The position numbers were made by a program, and so were the translations under genes. Shown in pieces: positions 46,038-48,230 of a DNA stretch of 48,230 bases; within the stretch, counting starts at the first letter, position 1; each line of letters starts with the position of its first letter. The stretch comes from Ionaspis alba. Lineage: Eukaryota. The notes beneath the pieces are model-generated. The model worked only from the letters and a program-made list of their open reading frames with translations, was not told the origin of the DNA and made no database searches. Where the stretch lies: the NCBI GenBank assembly GCA_964255285.1, contig CAXUUL010000041.1:1-48230 (forward strand). The letters run 5' to 3'.

Positions 46038-48230
46038 ATGAGTGCACACGACAATGGCAATGACGAGAAGAGTAGGGAGGCGGGCTCCCAGCAGCCAAAC
46101 GCCAGCACGACCTCTGTGCAGGAGCATGCGGCGGTCATGAGGAACGCAAGTGCAGCTATGGCCGTTGTGGAGGAGGCCGGTGAAGCATTCGAGGCTACGA
46201 AGAATGTCGAGATAGCGGGCCCTCGAAAGAGCGGCGAGAAGGATTCCGAGGACAATACTCAGCGTGTCGAGCGGCCACCGGTCCACGAGAACCACTCTGA
46301 AAAGTCGAAAGGGATGGGGCCACCTCCTACGAATGGAACACCTCCTACAGCGAAACACTGTGCGAAAAAGAGCTCATTCACGAAGAGGTCTGATCCATTA
46401 CGCTTTGCATATCGTAACATGATCCAAGTATGTATTGATTCACCTTAACTACTTCCTTTACATGTATAGCGGCGTACAGATAGCTAATGACGCCTGGCAG
46501 AACGCTGAAAGCACTATACTCATGATCCTGGCCAAAGCATTGAAAGAACAAACGGACGATGAGGCTGAGTGTGGACGAGTAGCATTACTGGAATACAAGG
46601 ACGGCGCCGCTTGTGATGAGAAGCAGTTTGAGAGCTCGGATGATCTGCGTCAGTTCCTTGATTCAGTGCAGCGACATCAATCGGTGGAATCTTCGGGTGG
46701 TGCGACCTCCTTTTCCGGTATTGTGGGTTTGGCTCTCAATTCTGACCTCTGACTCTAGGGAACTCGAGCACTGCTTCTCAAGGCAATCATGATGAAGACG
46801 CTGCCAACCCATTCACTGGGGGTGATGCTTCGCCAACCCGTCCTGTCACTTCTGGCAAGAAACGCATATTCATCATGGAAGATCTAGCGAGGAATTATGT
46901 GGAGATCTTGGGCTCACGATTGCATATCCATCCTGCAGTTTTTGCACGCCACTGGGGTGATCTAAGCTTTTTGGAATCCCTCGATGAACTCCATACAGAT
47001 GATCTACCTCGCTTTACCCTTCCATATCCTCATTTCATGAATGCGCCCAAGATACTTGGTGAACCGCGAAAGGACTTGGAAGAGTTATACCGAGCCAAGT
47101 TCAATGTGAGGCGATACATGGCTGTCCCCAAGGCTTTTGGCGACTGGGATTTACGTGGGTCGATCGCAGAGCTTGAAAGCTGCGTGTCATATTGGGGTCA
47201 AGAGACTGGTACTGATGGCAGCTGGGATGGTAAGTCGCGTCTTTGCCAATTTAGCAAACATCGAGATCATGTTGTGTACTAACATCTGGTTAGCATTGCT
47301 TCTAGTGGACCCAACGATGAGAAACGAAATGATGTTCATCGACACACCGCATCGTCGAAAGGTCTCGAGGCAGCCAAGTACTCTTCCATTGGACATATCG
47401 AAGGGACACAGCTGCATCCCTAACTTCCCAGCTAAAGAGGTTCTGTCTCCGGACCCTGGCCAATGGTCGAAAACCGAGCAAGTCCTACAATACGACTCAG
47501 TCTTCGACCACATCGTTGATCTCTTCGCTGACCCGAGCTATAACGTTCCAAAGAAACCCTTCGACTGTACCGGTCAAGTTAGACGCCTCGCTCTACTGAA
47601 ATGGAACGAATTTCTCAACCACGCCATTCACTGTCTCGTCCTCACGAAAGGCGAACCCTACTCCAACAACGGCCACTTCAGCTCCGCAATTTCTACCCTC
47701 TGGGCTCCCACAATCGAAGAATGGCTCCTCGCTCGCCTCGTGAAGTGGTCTCGACGTCTCGACATGGAACGCACTACAGTCGGCAGTATCATGCGCAGTC
47801 TAGGCATCAACCCCGACTCCCCTGATGATGAAGGGAGAGTCGGAAAGCACGAAGCCACGCAATGGCGCTACATCAGACAGAAGTTGCTTGAGTACAAAGG
47901 TCTCTATGACGACACCACAGCCTCGTATATCCAAGTCATGGGCCTAAGAGAATCCATCACCTCGAACCAGCAAGCCAGAAGCGTCGGACGTATCACACTC
48001 CTTGGCTCGCTCTTCGTGCCATTTTCCATCACCAGCGGGATCATGTCCATGGGTGGCTCGTTTCTACCTGGTGAAGGCAAATTTTGGATTTTCTGGGCGG
48101 TGGTGGCTCCGCTCATTTTTTCCATCGCGGTCTTTTTGTTCACGGACCTTCCGGCTTGGTGGAGGAAGATTTTGGGTTTGTCGAAGTCGAACCAGCAGGA
48201 GACGGCCGGGTTGCCGTTGTTTTATACTAC
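46038..48230 (+). CDS. Fungal CorA-like membrane protein (two C-terminal TM helices); runs off the window
   Basis: Exons 46038-46427, 46501-46717, 46759-47229, 47294->48230 join in frame; RIFIMEDL...LHIHPAVFARHW, ALLLVDP and SVGRITLLGSLFVPFSITSGIMSMGGSFLPGEGKFWIFWAV. Confidence 0.8.

Overview
Eukaryotic, intron-containing fungal DNA (filamentous ascomycete/Pezizomycotina style: short GT-AG introns with CTRAC/CTAAT branch sites) from a scaffold with three 100-N gaps. I assembled 18 gene models by hand. Most are housekeeping genes: the TFIIIC B-block-binding subunit (Tfc3/Sfc3), an Aim6-like PLC-like phosphodiesterase, a UPF0653-like protein, DNA polymerase delta catalytic subunit (POL3), Irc22/TRAP-alpha-like, aprataxin (HNT3), a DHX57-like DEAH helicase and a heme oxygenase-like protein. 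Interspersed are more accessory genes: an APH-like kinase with a 25-aa repeat N-terminus, DUF1264, DUF202, a 56-aa Cys-rich microprotein, a Zn2Cys6 factor, a stand-alone spliced retropepsin-like protease, a CorA-like membrane protein and orphans. I found no tRNA, rRNA, CRISPR array or intact transposon. The most interesting signals are: (1) a palindromic, tRNA-less B-box about 70 bp upstream of the TFIIIC B-block-binding subunit gene, with two uORFs and a possible poison micro-exon, suggesting layered autoregulation; (2) a spliced retropepsin-like gene with a minisatellite upstream; (3) recurring abrupt C-rich to G-rich skew switches inside genes; (4) small spliced genes missed by the ORF track. 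Family assignments come from motif recognition, not database searches.
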